Part shown: positions 1-8,620 of the stretch, piece after piece | Numbering within the stretch: the stretch's first letter is position 1 | How the letters are laid out: the number at the start of each line of letters is the position of its first letter | DNA from: Candidatus Iainarchaeum sp. | Lineage (GTDB): Archaea; Iainarchaeota; Iainarchaeia; Iainarchaeales; Iainarchaeaceae | Direction: 5' to 3' | Assembly: GCA_043812975.1 (NCBI GenBank) | Contig: JBDRLP010000063.1 | Span: 1 to 38,616, forward strand | Length of the DNA stretch: 38,616 bases | Translations under genes and position numbers: made by a program | The notes under the pieces: generated by a model | What the model saw: the letters and a program-made list of their open reading frames with translations, nothing else | The model's database searches: none | Told to the model about the DNA's origin: nothing

Positions 1-24
1 TAATGTTGTTAAAATTCTTTTCAA
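1..24 (-). CDS. Possible 5' end of a gene running off the left edge (MKRILTTL..., signal-peptide-like)
   Basis: Minus strand reads GGAAGGGGTGtat-TTG AAA AGA ATT TTA ACA ACA TTA: SD-like motif then TTG, open to the window edge; only 8 codons visible. Confidence 0.3.
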
Positions 25-159
25 ATACACCCCTTCCCTGTTTTAAAGAACTGAAATTTTTTATTTCTTATGAATCTGCATTAGAAAATGCTTTTAAAAA
101 CAATTGCAAGGCTCCTTATAAACAGAAGAACAAAAATAAATTTTTTTGGGGTTATGTAG

Positions 160-777
160 ATGGCTATTTTCAATGGTTTGCTCGAGTGGACAATGCAAAC
201 TTTCGGTGCTTATGGTTTGCTTGGTTTGTTTATTCTTGCGTTTGCTGAATCAAGTTTCTTTCCGGTTCCGCCTGATATCTTGTTAATTGCTTTTGCTCTT
301 GCTGAACCTTCAAATGCTTTTGTTATTGCTGGTGTAGCAACCATCGGAAGTGTTTTAGGTGGTCTTTTTGGTTACTGGTTGGGCCATAAGTTTGGTGAAC
401 CACTTCTCTTAAAATTTGCCAAAAAGGAGCAGGTTGAACATGTGCAGAGGGTGTATGATGAACTTGGGCCTTGGGCTGTATTTGCTGCTGGTTTTTCACC
501 AATTCCCTACAAGATTTTCACGATTTTCTCCGGAATAATGGGTCTTGACATAAAAAAGTTCATTATTGCTTCTGCAGTTTCAAGAGGAATGCGATTTTTC
601 GGCGTTGCAACAGTAATTTTCTTTTACGGAGAGGAAATCAAATCCCTGCTCGATCAGTATTTTGAATTAATCACAATAATCGTCGCAATTCCTGTTGTTT
701 TGTTTGTATTCTGGAAATATTACAAGCACAGAACTGAGAAGCACGGGAACCATCGTTTCGTCGGTGGGGTGCGATAA
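160..777 (+). CDS. DedA/YqaA-family (VTT domain) membrane protein
   Basis: Motifs 'LAFAESSFFPVPPDILL', 'GSVLGGLFGYWLG', 'GFSPIPYKIFTI', 'SRGMRFF' typical of YqaA/DedA. Confidence 0.9.
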   Translation: MAIFNGLLEWTMQTFGAYGLLGLFILAFAESSFFPVPPDILLIAFALAEPSNAFVIAGVATIGSVLGGLFGYWLGHKFGEPLLLKFAKKEQVEHVQRVYDELGPWAVFAAGFSPIPYKIFTIFSGIMGLDIKKFIIASAVSRGMRFFGVATVIFFYGEEIKSLLDQYFELITIIVAIPVVLFVFWKYYKHRTEKHGNHRFVGGVR

Positions 778-801
778 CGACCGACCCATCTGCGATGGGT
801 C
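747..801. repeat. GC-rich inverted-repeat element at a convergent gene junction (terminator- or REP/MITE-like)
   Basis: Perfect hairpin GACCCATC(783-790)-TGC-GATGGGTC(794-801); alternative pairings GAACCATCG(747-755)/CGATGGGTC(793-801, 8 of 9) and GTCGGT(760-765)/ACCGAC(780-785). Confidence 0.55.
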
Positions 802-1495
802 ATAAGTTTTCTTCTGCATTTTTTATTCTTTCAAAAGTATCAGTAGTAAACCACTTCCCTAAATGTTTATAAGAAAATAATTTCCCTTTCTCCGCGAGTG
901 TTGGGAACATTGTTTTTTCGATTAAGTTAAATCCTTCCGGTAAAAACTCAAGTGCTTTTTTTTCTATTGCATACGCTCCTGCATTAACCCAGTTGCTTGG
1001 CGCTTTGTCTGGTTGCGGTTTTTCCACAAATTCAATTATTTTCTCGCCCTCTAATTTCGCTACTCCGTAGCTTGAAACATCATCTACTTCTGAAAGTGTT
1101 AAAGTTGCAAGAGCATTTTTTTCAAAGTGTGTTTTTGCCAACTTTGTTAGATTATAATCCGCAATATTATCTCCGTTCAGCATGAAAAAACTTTCACTCA
1201 GAATTTCCTCTGCCTGCTTCAAAGCCCCTCCGGTTCCGAGTGGTTCCTCTTCAATCGCATAAACAATACTAAGTCCAAAATCAGAACCGTCTTTGAAATA
1301 ATCAATGATTTTTTCGTGTAAATAACCAACTGAAAGAATTACTTCTGTAACTCCGTGTTTTTTGAGGATTTCAATAGAATATTCTAGAATTGGCTTTTCC
1401 TTTACTTTCACAAGCGGTTTTGGAGTTTCAATGGTTAAAGGTCTTAATCTTTCTCCTTTTCCGCCAGCTAGCACAAAGGCCTGTTTTATTTGCAT
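800..1495 (-). CDS. Sugar-phosphate nucleotidyltransferase (mannose-1-phosphate guanylyltransferase-like NTP_transferase)
   Basis: 'LAGGKGERLRPLT..TPKPLV', 'EEEPLGTGGAL', 'NGD', 'FVEKP', 'NAGAY'. Confidence 0.9.
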   Translation of the reverse strand: MQIKQAFVLAGGKGERLRPLTIETPKPLVKVKEKPILEYSIEILKKHGVTEVILSVGYLHEKIIDYFKDGSDFGLSIVYAIEEEPLGTGGALKQAEEILSESFFMLNGDNIADYNLTKLAKTHFEKNALATLTLSEVDDVSSYGVAKLEGEKIIEFVEKPQPDKAPSNWVNAGAYAIEKKALEFLPEGFNLIEKTMFPTLAEKGKLFSYKHLGKWFTTDTFERIKNAEENL

Positions 1496-1517
1496 GAAAA
1501 AAGTAACGCTAAAATAC

Positions 1518-1525
1518 TTTAAAAA
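1518..1525 (-). promoter_or_regulatory. Archaeal TATA-like box (TTTTTAAA) for the 800..1495 gene
   Basis: 22 nt upstream of the ATG at 1495, no SD between; consistent with a leaderless mRNA. Confidence 0.5.
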
Positions 1526-1550
1526 TAGATTTTTTCCTATTTTTTTATTT

Positions 1551-1913
1551 TTATGCTGTAATTGGGGACATGTAATTTAAATCTTTAACAGTTAATGTGT
1601 CCTCAATTGGCTCTCTGTTTTTTTCCTGAAAATAGAGTTTAAAGTTTATATAAACGATTCCGGATTTCTCTTTTATGTCGAGCCTGCAGTTGTGCACTTG
1701 GCTTAATGTTTTTTTAGTAATTTTAGTTTTAGTAAGGTTAGTCAGCATTTTTGAAGCATTATTCAAAAACAGATTTACTAGTTTTCCATTTTTGTCATAT
1801 GACAATTCCAGATCTCCCCATTCTATTCCTGTTGAGCCTCTTTTTATCTGGTCGTATATTAGGAGATTATCATACTCCTCATCATACTTCAGCTTAAAGT
1901 TATCTGTTGACAT
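1551..1913 (-). CDS. DUF2283-like protein (putative antitoxin)
   Basis: 'KYDEEYDNLLIY...GIEWGDLELSYDKNGKLVNLFLNNASK' fits the DUF2283 pattern (YD...D.LY ... DYD..G.LVGIE...AS); ATG at 1913 preferred to 1943. Confidence 0.75.
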   Translation of the reverse strand: MSTDNFKLKYDEEYDNLLIYDQIKRGSTGIEWGDLELSYDKNGKLVNLFLNNASKMLTNLTKTKITKKTLSQVHNCRLDIKEKSGIVYINFKLYFQEKNREPIEDTLTVKDLNYMSPITA

Positions 1914-2232
1914 ACTTCTCAAACCTTTTTTGTGATTTTTCATGTATTTTATGGATAGTAACTAATCTTATTTTTTTCTCATTATCTCTAATATCAATTA
2001 CGTATTTGTGATATATATGCTTAGTGTGGCGAAAGTATAATATAAACTTATTTCTGTCATGACATACATAATTCGTTAAATTTTGGAAGTTTTCTGCCTT
2101 AATTTCCTCCAGATAATCAATCACATCTTGTTCATTTATTTGTTCAGAAATAAGCCTGAAATGCGTTACATGCAGCCTAAGGTCAAGTTCATATTGGTTG
2201 CACTTTTTAATTCGGTTTTCGAGTTTTACCAT
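1900..2232 (-). CDS. DUF4258-like small protein (putative RelE/BrnT-type ribonuclease toxin)
   Basis: 110 aa, N-terminal 'LHVTHFRL..QINEQDVIDYL', C-terminal 'KIRLVTIH'; overlaps the DUF2283-like gene; divergent from consensus. Confidence 0.5.
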   Translation of the reverse strand: MVKLENRIKKCNQYELDLRLHVTHFRLISEQINEQDVIDYLEEIKAENFQNLTNYVCHDRNKFILYFRHTKHIYHKYVIDIRDNEKKIRLVTIHKIHEKSQKRFEKYVNR

Positions 2233-2374
2233 TAAATTAAGTTATATGCTATTTGTTTCTTTAAATATAATTGAATTATGAGCAATTGTACCAATTTATT
2301 TTAAAACGTTGGCGTAGTTGACTATATTAGATTCTCTTATTTCTGTAAATAAATAAAATCAAGGATTTTTGATA

Positions 2375-3661
2375 ATGATGAAAATAGCAGTTTTCGGAAC
2401 TGGTTATGTGGGTTTAGTTGCAGGAGCATGCCTTGCAGATTTAGGTAATGAAGTAATCTGTGTAGACGTCGATGAGAAAAAAATTTCTGATTTAAAAAAA
2501 GGCAAGATTCCTATTTATGAACCCGGACTTGAAGAAATTGTAAAGAAAAACTTTGAAGAAAAAAGATTAACTTTCACAACTGATGCAAAGAAATCAATTG
2601 AAACAGCGAAAATTATTTTTATTGCAGTAGGAACTCCGCAATCAGAAAACGGAGAGGCAGATTTGAAATATGTTTTCAAGGTTTGTGAGACTATTGGTAA
2701 AAATGCAAATGAACCAAAAGTTATTGTTGATAAAAGCACGGTTCCGATAGGTACTGCAAAAAAAGTAAAAGAAAAAGTAAGTAAATTCACTAAGCACAAT
2801 ATTGCTGTTGTTTCAAACCCTGAATTTTTGAGGGAAGGTTCTGCAGTAAAAGATTTTTTAGAACCTGATAGGGTTGTAATAGGTTCTGATTCGGAAGAAG
2901 CTTCTAAGTTAATCGAATCTCTTTACAAGCCGCTTGATTGTGAAATTGTTATTACAAATCCTGAAAGTGCTGAAATGATTAAATATGCGTCAAATGCTTT
3001 TTTGGCAACAAGAATTTCTTTTATTAATGAAATTGCAAACCTATGCGAAAAAGTAGGTGCTGATGTGGTGGAAGTTTCAAAAGGAATGGGTTTAGATCAC
3101 AGAATCGGGAAGTATTTTTTGGATGCTGGTGCCGGTTATGGGGGAAGCTGTTTCCCAAAAGATGTGAAAGCTTTACAGAAAATTGCGGTTAATGTGGGTT
3201 ACGAACTTTCAATTATAAGAGAAGTTGAAGCTGTTAACAAGAAACAAAAAACAATTCCTGTTGAAAAACTCAGAAAGGAATTCGATTCATTGGAAGGAAA
3301 AAAGATTGCTGTTCTGGGTTTAGCATTTAAACCTAATACTGATGATATGAGGGAAGCTCCATCAATTGAAATAATTAATTATCTTCTCAAGGGAAAAGCA
3401 AAAGTAATTGCTGTTGATCCAATTGCTGAGAAAAACGCGAAAAAAATTTTAAGCAATATTGAATATGCAAAGGATCCTTATGAAGCATCCAAAGGAGCAG
3501 ATGCTTTGATTCTTGTTACTGATTGGAACGAATTTTTGGAAATTGATTTTGAAAAAATCGGAAGCAAAATGAATTCGAAAATAATCATTGACGGTAGAAA
3601 TATTTATGATAAAGAAAACCTGAAAAAATTAGGTTTTAAGTATATTGGAATTGGAAGGTGA
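2375..3661 (+). CDS. ugd: UDP-glucose 6-dehydrogenase
   Basis: 'GTGYVG', 'IYEPGL', 'SNPEFLREG', 'KYASNAFLA', catalytic 'GYGGSCFPKD', 'GLAFKPNTDDMREAP'; start ATG 2375 or 2378. Confidence 0.95.
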   Translation: MMKIAVFGTGYVGLVAGACLADLGNEVICVDVDEKKISDLKKGKIPIYEPGLEEIVKKNFEEKRLTFTTDAKKSIETAKIIFIAVGTPQSENGEADLKYVFKVCETIGKNANEPKVIVDKSTVPIGTAKKVKEKVSKFTKHNIAVVSNPEFLREGSAVKDFLEPDRVVIGSDSEEASKLIESLYKPLDCEIVITNPESAEMIKYASNAFLATRISFINEIANLCEKVGADVVEVSKGMGLDHRIGKYFLDAGAGYGGSCFPKDVKALQKIAVNVGYELSIIREVEAVNKKQKTIPVEKLRKEFDSLEGKKIAVLGLAFKPNTDDMREAPSIEIINYLLKGKAKVIAVDPIAEKNAKKILSNIEYAKDPYEASKGADALILVTDWNEFLEIDFEKIGSKMNSKIIIDGRNIYDKENLKKLGFKYIGIGR

Positions 3662-3666
3662 TGTGA

Positions 3667-4404
3667 ATTAAAGCACTTATTTTAGCAGCAGGTTATGCAA
3701 AAAGGCTTTGGCCATTAACCAAAAACAAGCCAAAACCCCTTTTAGAGGTTAAAGGAAAACCTCTTGTGGAGCATATAATCAAGCATTTTGATGAGATTCC
3801 TGAAATTGATGAAATTTTTATTGTTACTAATGAAAAATTTTCCCTGAACTTTGAACAGTGGGCTGAGGAATTTGACGGAAAATTGAAGATAAAAATTATC
3901 AATGATATGACCACTTCTAATGATGACAGAAAAGGTGCTGTCGGGGACATGAAGTACTCAATAGACGAAGTAAAAATTGATGATGATCTTTTGGTAATTG
4001 CAGGTGATAATTTATTTGAGTATAAGTTAGCTGATTTTTACAAGTTTTTCAAAGAAAAAGGCCGCTCTGTTGTTGCATGCAAAGACATGGGGTCCAAGGA
4101 TGAAGTAAAAGAAAAATTCGGGGTTGCGGAGTTAGATTCTGATGGGAAAATAATTGGTTTTGAAGAAAAACCAATTGAACCGAAGAGTGCGTTAGCTTCA
4201 ACAGCTTGTTACATTTTTTCAAAAGAAGATCTAAAAGAAATTAATAATTATATTGAAGCAGATAACCCTCCTGACAATGCAGGAGACTTTGTCAAATGGT
4301 TATCAAATCACAAACCAGTTTATGGTTTTGTGTTTAATGAAAATTGGTTTGATATTGGTTCTTTTGAAAGTTTGGGTAATGCAAGAGAGGATTTTGATGG
4401 CTAA
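3667..4404 (+). CDS. Sugar-phosphate nucleotidyltransferase (glucose-1-phosphate thymidylyl/uridylyltransferase-like); true N-terminus 33 codons upstream of the ORF-track start, apparent ATT start
   Basis: Frame from 3667 reads IKALILAAGYAKRLWPLTKNKPKPLLEVKGKPLVEH (nucleotide-binding signature) and runs into the 3766..4404 ORF; 'IAGDN', 'FEEKP', 'WFDIG'. Confidence 0.88.
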   Translation: MKALILAAGYAKRLWPLTKNKPKPLLEVKGKPLVEHIIKHFDEIPEIDEIFIVTNEKFSLNFEQWAEEFDGKLKIKIINDMTTSNDDRKGAVGDMKYSIDEVKIDDDLLVIAGDNLFEYKLADFYKFFKEKGRSVVACKDMGSKDEVKEKFGVAELDSDGKIIGFEEKPIEPKSALASTACYIFSKEDLKEINNYIEADNPPDNAGDFVKWLSNHKPVYGFVFNENWFDIGSFESLGNAREDFDG

Positions 4405-5323
4405 AATTATTGTTGCTGGCGGAGCAGGTTTTATTGGAAGTCACTTGTGTGATTTTCTTATTGAAAAAGGCGAAGAAGTTCTTTGTATTGATAATTTGAT
4501 TACAGGTGATTGCAAAAATGTTGAGCAATTAATGCAGAATGAAAACTTTTCTTTTTTAGAACAAAATGTTTCTAAAAAATTTTCAGTCGAGGGGAAAGTA
4601 AAACAGATTTATAATTTGGCTTCTCCTGCTTCGCCTGTTGATTATCAGGAAAAACCATTAGAAACCTTGGAAGCAGGTTCAAGTGGTGTAAGAAACTTGT
4701 TAAAGCTTGCAAAAGAAAAAAAAGCAGCTTATTTGTTTGCTTCAACTTCCGAGATTTATGGAGATCCTTTAGAGCACCCTCAAAAAGAAACTTATTGGGG
4801 AAATGTTAATTCTGTGGGTCCAAGAAGCTGTTATGATGAAGCAAAGAGATTTGGTGAGGCTTATTGTGTGGCATTTGCAAAAGTTCATAAGGCTGATATA
4901 AAAATCGCGAGAATTTTCAATACTTATGGACCGAGACTTGCAAAGGATGATGGTCGAGTGATTTCTAATTTTATTATACAAGCTCTTGAGAATAAGCCAA
5001 TTACTGTTTATGGAAAAGGAAATCAAACAAGAAGTTTTTGTTATGTGAGTGATATGGTTCAGGGGCTTTATTCTTTAATGAATTCTCAGGAAAAAGGGCC
5101 TGTAAATCTTGGAAATCCGCAGGAAACAACCATACTTGAACTTGCAGAAAAAATAATTTTTATTACAAAAAGCAGTTCAAAAATCATTTACAATGACCTG
5201 CCTGTTGATGATCCTGAAAGAAGGCTTCCGGATATTAGTTTTGCAAAGGAAAAACTCAGATGGAATCCAAAAGTTTCTCTAGAAGAAGGACTGAAAAAAA
5301 CTATTGAATTCTTTAATAAATAA
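4397..5323 (+). CDS. uxs: UDP-glucuronate decarboxylase (UDP-xylose synthase) SDR
   Basis: 'GGAGFIGSHL', 'LASPASP', 'ASTSEIYGDP', 'YWGNVN..GPRSCYDEAKR', 'RIFNTYGP', 'DGRVISNF', 'QTRSFCYV'; start at ATG 4397 (MAKIIVAG). Confidence 0.92.
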   Translation: MAKIIVAGGAGFIGSHLCDFLIEKGEEVLCIDNLITGDCKNVEQLMQNENFSFLEQNVSKKFSVEGKVKQIYNLASPASPVDYQEKPLETLEAGSSGVRNLLKLAKEKKAAYLFASTSEIYGDPLEHPQKETYWGNVNSVGPRSCYDEAKRFGEAYCVAFAKVHKADIKIARIFNTYGPRLAKDDGRVISNFIIQALENKPITVYGKGNQTRSFCYVSDMVQGLYSLMNSQEKGPVNLGNPQETTILELAEKIIFITKSSSKIIYNDLPVDDPERRLPDISFAKEKLRWNPKVSLEEGLKKTIEFFNK

Positions 5324-6049
5324 TTATTTTATTTTAGCTATGCAAATAAGACTTATCCCAAACGGTAAATAAACCCCTTTTTTTATCAGCCAATTTTCAG
5401 TTTTTAGTAAGCGAGTTAGGATAAAATTGATCTTTTTATTAGGCGTATTAATATCTGACTTGATGTGTATTTTTAACACATATTCATTCAAAATTTTTAT
5501 TAGTGCTATTATTGGAAATAGAAAAAAATTCCAATAACTAATAAGCTCTATTTCAAAACCTTCTTTTTTTAGCAATTTTAAAATCTCTTTTTTTTCATAT
5601 CTTCGATAATGGTGGCCTATTCGGTCATGTGCTGAGAACAATATTTTGAATGCAGGTATTGTCAGGAGCAAGCGACTGTTTTTTTTCATGATTTTTTTTG
5701 CTTTTTTTATTGCCCCTGCATCGTCTTTTATATGTTCAAGTATTTCAGACATTACTATAAAATCATATTTTTTTTGGGGCTTAAAGTTTTCTAATGAAGA
5801 TAAATACACTAAAACATTTTTCTTTTTTGATTCATTAACTGCTATTTTATTTATATCTAATCCTTCTACAGAATAACCTTTTAGCATAAAAGCTTCCAGA
5901 GTGTTTCCAGTACCGGCTCCTATTTCAAAAATACTTTTTGTTCCTTTTGGCACTAAATCTATTAATAACTGTCTTTTTGATACAAACCACCAATGGGTGT
6001 TTTCAACATCTTTCATTTTGTTTATTGCGCTTTTTTCTATTAAAATCAC
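5324..6049 (-). CDS. Class I SAM-dependent methyltransferase of the glycosylation-locus type
   Basis: 'HWWF', 'EIGAGTG', 'ILEHIKDD', 'FSAHD..GHHYRRY'; start uncertain (GTG 6049, ATA 6040 or ATG 6016). Confidence 0.88.
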   Translation of the reverse strand: MILIEKSAINKMKDVENTHWWFVSKRQLLIDLVPKGTKSIFEIGAGTGNTLEAFMLKGYSVEGLDINKIAVNESKKKNVLVYLSSLENFKPQKKYDFIVMSEILEHIKDDAGAIKKAKKIMKKNSRLLLTIPAFKILFSAHDRIGHHYRRYEKKEILKLLKKEGFEIELISYWNFFLFPIIALIKILNEYVLKIHIKSDINTPNKKINFILTRLLKTENWLIKKGVYLPFGISLICIAKIK

Positions 6050-6133
6050 CGTATAAACTTTAAATAACGAATTTTTTTTGAAAAGATATTTGTTTTGTAG
6101 TTTAAAATTTTCGATTAGGTACTCGTGACAGTA

Positions 6134-6141
6134 TTTATAAA
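6134..6141 (+). promoter_or_regulatory. Archaeal TATA box (TTTATAAA)
   Basis: 24 nt upstream of the ATG at 6166, no SD. Confidence 0.55.
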
Positions 6142-6165
6142 GAGTATTCTGCTATTTGTTTTAAA

Positions 6166-6708
6166 ATGAATGCAATTAAAGAAATAGGTTTTAAAAACGC
6201 ATTAAAATATTTGGTTTTCTCGTTCTTTTATCTTATTTTTAAATTCTTGTTTATTTCGCCACTTAGAGTTTTTTTTCTTTCTCTTTTTGGAGCCAAAATA
6301 GGCAAAAATGTGGTTATTGAGGATATAAAATTTTTTAACCTGTATCGTACTGGTTGGTCTGGTTTGAAAATTGGAAATAATTGTTATCTTGGATCGGAAT
6401 CTGTTTTTGATCTTGCGGAAAGCATTACTATTGAGGATAATGTTACTGTTTCTGCAGGGGTAATACTCCTTACTCATACAAATGTTGGTTACAAAAATCA
6501 CCCTTTACAAAAAATATTACCAAAAACAAGTAGTCCATTAATTATTGATTCTGGTTGTTTTATTGGTGCTGGTTCAGTTATTGTAGGTGTGAAAAAGCTT
6601 GGTGTTAATACTGCAGTTGCTGCTGGGGCAGTTGTCACGAAAAATAATAAAGGCAACGAACTTATTGCAGGTTCGCCAGCAAAAATTTTACGCTCTTTTA
6701 AGCTTTGA
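6166..6708 (+). CDS. Hexapeptide-repeat (LbH) sugar O-acyltransferase
   Basis: 'GAKIGKNVVI', 'LKIGNNCYLG', 'ITIEDNVTVS', 'LLTH', 'AAGAVVTK', 'AGSPAK'. Confidence 0.85.
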   Translation: MNAIKEIGFKNALKYLVFSFFYLIFKFLFISPLRVFFLSLFGAKIGKNVVIEDIKFFNLYRTGWSGLKIGNNCYLGSESVFDLAESITIEDNVTVSAGVILLTHTNVGYKNHPLQKILPKTSSPLIIDSGCFIGAGSVIVGVKKLGVNTAVAAGAVVTKNNKGNELIAGSPAKILRSFKL

Positions 6709-7455
6709 TAATTTTCTGAATTCTGCAGAATATTTCCAGAGGTTTTTTAAGTAATTAATTGTATCAGCGAAAATTTTTACAGTGCTTGCAGCATTCTCAT
6801 TTTTTATGAACAGTACAGGGACTTCAATTATTTTTAATCCAGCAAAGTAAGGCCTTAACACGATTTCAGTGTCCCAGAACCAGTGGTTCTCTTTGGTTTG
6901 AGATAGGAATGGAAGTATTTTTTTCCTATTGAAAAATTTACAGCCTGCTTCAGTATCAAAAAAAGGATGTGCTAGCATAACCTTGCTTAGTAGTGAATAA
7001 GCCTTGCTCAGAATGTGTCTGTGAATATACTTTGGTTTTGTCACATAAATCCTTTTTCCAATTGCAATATCAGACCCATTTTTTATTGCCTCAATAAGTG
7101 ACAATGTTTGTTCTATTGGTACCTCAAGATCAACGTCCACAAAACCAACTATTTTTCCATTAGCTTTTTTTATTCCGTCAGAAACAGTTTTGCCTCTGCC
7201 TTGATTCTTTTCATGGAAAAAAGTTTTCACATTTTTTTTGCCTTTTGCAAATTTTTTAATAAGTTCAGCAGTATTATCCGTGCTTTTGTCATCAACAAAA
7301 ATCAGTTCATATGAATATTTCCAGTTTTTGAAAAATTCTTCTATTTTTTTCATTGAATCATTGAAAATACCTGATTCATTGTAGCATGCCAAAATTAGTG
7401 AAAGTTCAATCTCGGAATTATTTTTTGTAAAACTTGGCGATTTTTTTGACTGCAT
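6688..7455 (-). CDS. GT2 glycosyltransferase (polyprenyl/dolichyl-phosphate glycosyltransferase-like)
   Basis: 'LSLILACYNE', 'VDDKSTDNT', 'NQGRG', 'DVDLE', 'DTEAGCK', 'WFWDTE'; ATG 7455 preceded by AGGAGG. Confidence 0.9.
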   Translation of the reverse strand: MQSKKSPSFTKNNSEIELSLILACYNESGIFNDSMKKIEEFFKNWKYSYELIFVDDKSTDNTAELIKKFAKGKKNVKTFFHEKNQGRGKTVSDGIKKANGKIVGFVDVDLEVPIEQTLSLIEAIKNGSDIAIGKRIYVTKPKYIHRHILSKAYSLLSKVMLAHPFFDTEAGCKFFNRKKILPFLSQTKENHWFWDTEIVLRPYFAGLKIIEVPVLFIKNENAASTVKIFADTINYLKNLWKYSAEFRKLSKLKRA

Positions 7456-8620
7456 TAATCACGTCCTCCTGATCCTTTTCTGTTAAACCGCTTGAAAATG
7501 GAAGAGAAAGAGTTCTTTTAGAAATATCATAAGAATTCGGGAAATCATTTTCCTTGAAACCGAATCTCTCCCGGTAATACTTGTGCAGATGCAGTGCAAT
7601 ATAATGCACTCCTGTTCCAATATTTTCTTTATGGAGTGCCTGCATGAATTCATCTCTTGAAATTTTCAGTTTTTCAAGTTCAAGTTCTATTGTATAAAGA
7701 TGCCTTGCGTGTCTGGTTTTTGGTTCCTCCAATGCAGGAGTCTTCAATGGCAGATCTTCAAATTCCGAATCATATTTTTTCCACATCTTCTGCCTTTTTT
7801 CAAGGTTTTCTTCAATTCTTGCAAGCTGAGGTATTCCCATTGATGCCTGAATATCAGTCATGTTATATTTGAATCCGGGGTAAATAACCTCGTAATGTTT
7901 GTATCCTTTGTCTGTAAATCTTTCCCATGCTCCTTTGCTCAGACCGTGCAAAGCAAATTTTTCAATATCCTCTGCGGCCTTTTTATTGTTTGTTGTAACC
8001 ATTCCCCCTTCGGCAGTAACCACATTTTTGGTCACATAAAAACTGAAGCAAGTATAAGGAGAAATTGAACCTATTTTGTTGTTGTGATATTCTGCTCCTA
8101 TTGCATGTGCAGCATCTTCAATAACCATCAAAGAATGTTCTTCTGCAAGTTTGGTTATTTCATCCATCGGGCATGGTCTACCGTACATATGCACTGGCAC
8201 AATTGCCTTTGTTTTGTCAGTAATTTTTTCTCTGATTGTTTTTGCGGAAACATTACAGGTTTCTCTGTCAATATCGCAAAAAATAGGAATTCCTCCTGCG
8301 TGTGTAATCACGTTTGCGGTTGCGGCGAAAGTAAAAGAAGGAACAATCACTTCGTCTCCTAGTTTTATTCCGGATGCAATCATGCTTAAATGTAGTGCAG
8401 CTGTGCATGAATTTACTGCCCTTGCAAATCCTTGCCTAGTATATTCCTCAAATTTTTTTTCAAAAAGCTTGACTTTAGGGCCTGAACCAATCCACTTGCT
8501 TTTCAGGGTTTTTACAGTTTCCTCAATTTCCTCGTTTTGAATATCAGGTTCGCCAAAAACGAGGTATTTTTCCCTTACAGGCTTTTGCCCCTCATGTGTA
8601 GGTTTTTCCAGCGTGCTCAT
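7418..8620 (-). CDS. DegT/DnrJ/EryC1/StrS PLP-dependent sugar aminotransferase (ArnB/SpsC-like)
   Basis: 'VNSCTAALHL', 'EDAAHAIG', PLP lysine in 'SFYVTKNVVTAEGG', 'GFKYNMTDIQA'. Confidence 0.92.
   Translation of the reverse strand: MSTLEKPTHEGQKPVREKYLVFGEPDIQNEEIEETVKTLKSKWIGSGPKVKLFEKKFEEYTRQGFARAVNSCTAALHLSMIASGIKLGDEVIVPSFTFAATANVITHAGGIPIFCDIDRETCNVSAKTIREKITDKTKAIVPVHMYGRPCPMDEITKLAEEHSLMVIEDAAHAIGAEYHNNKIGSISPYTCFSFYVTKNVVTAEGGMVTTNNKKAAEDIEKFALHGLSKGAWERFTDKGYKHYEVIYPGFKYNMTDIQASMGIPQLARIEENLEKRQKMWKKYDSEFEDLPLKTPALEEPKTRHARHLYTIELELEKLKISRDEFMQALHKENIGTGVHYIALHLHKYYRERFGFKENDFPNSYDISKRTLSLPFSSGLTEKDQEDVINAVKKIAKFYKK

Noticed and set aside
3..248. 81-aa ORF overlapping the DedA gene
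   Set aside because: Out-of-frame overlap with a well-supported gene and no recognisable features
3661..3666. Genome-wide TGA reassignment to explain ATG-TGA-ATT
   Set aside because: TGA ends several full-length genes at their expected C-termini (802, 3661, 16713, 21778, 24839) and no in-frame TGA interrupts other conserved genes
4253..4396. N-terminal extensions in the ORF track (also 25973-26047, 24408-24440, 13308-13352, 24318-24353)
   Set aside because: They overlap upstream genes or promoters; family N-termini and TATA/SD positions favour the downstream ATGs
7408..7410. Third ATT start for the GT2 (IELSLILACYNE)
   Set aside because: An in-frame ATG at 7455 has a strong AGGAGG SD, so no non-canonical start is needed
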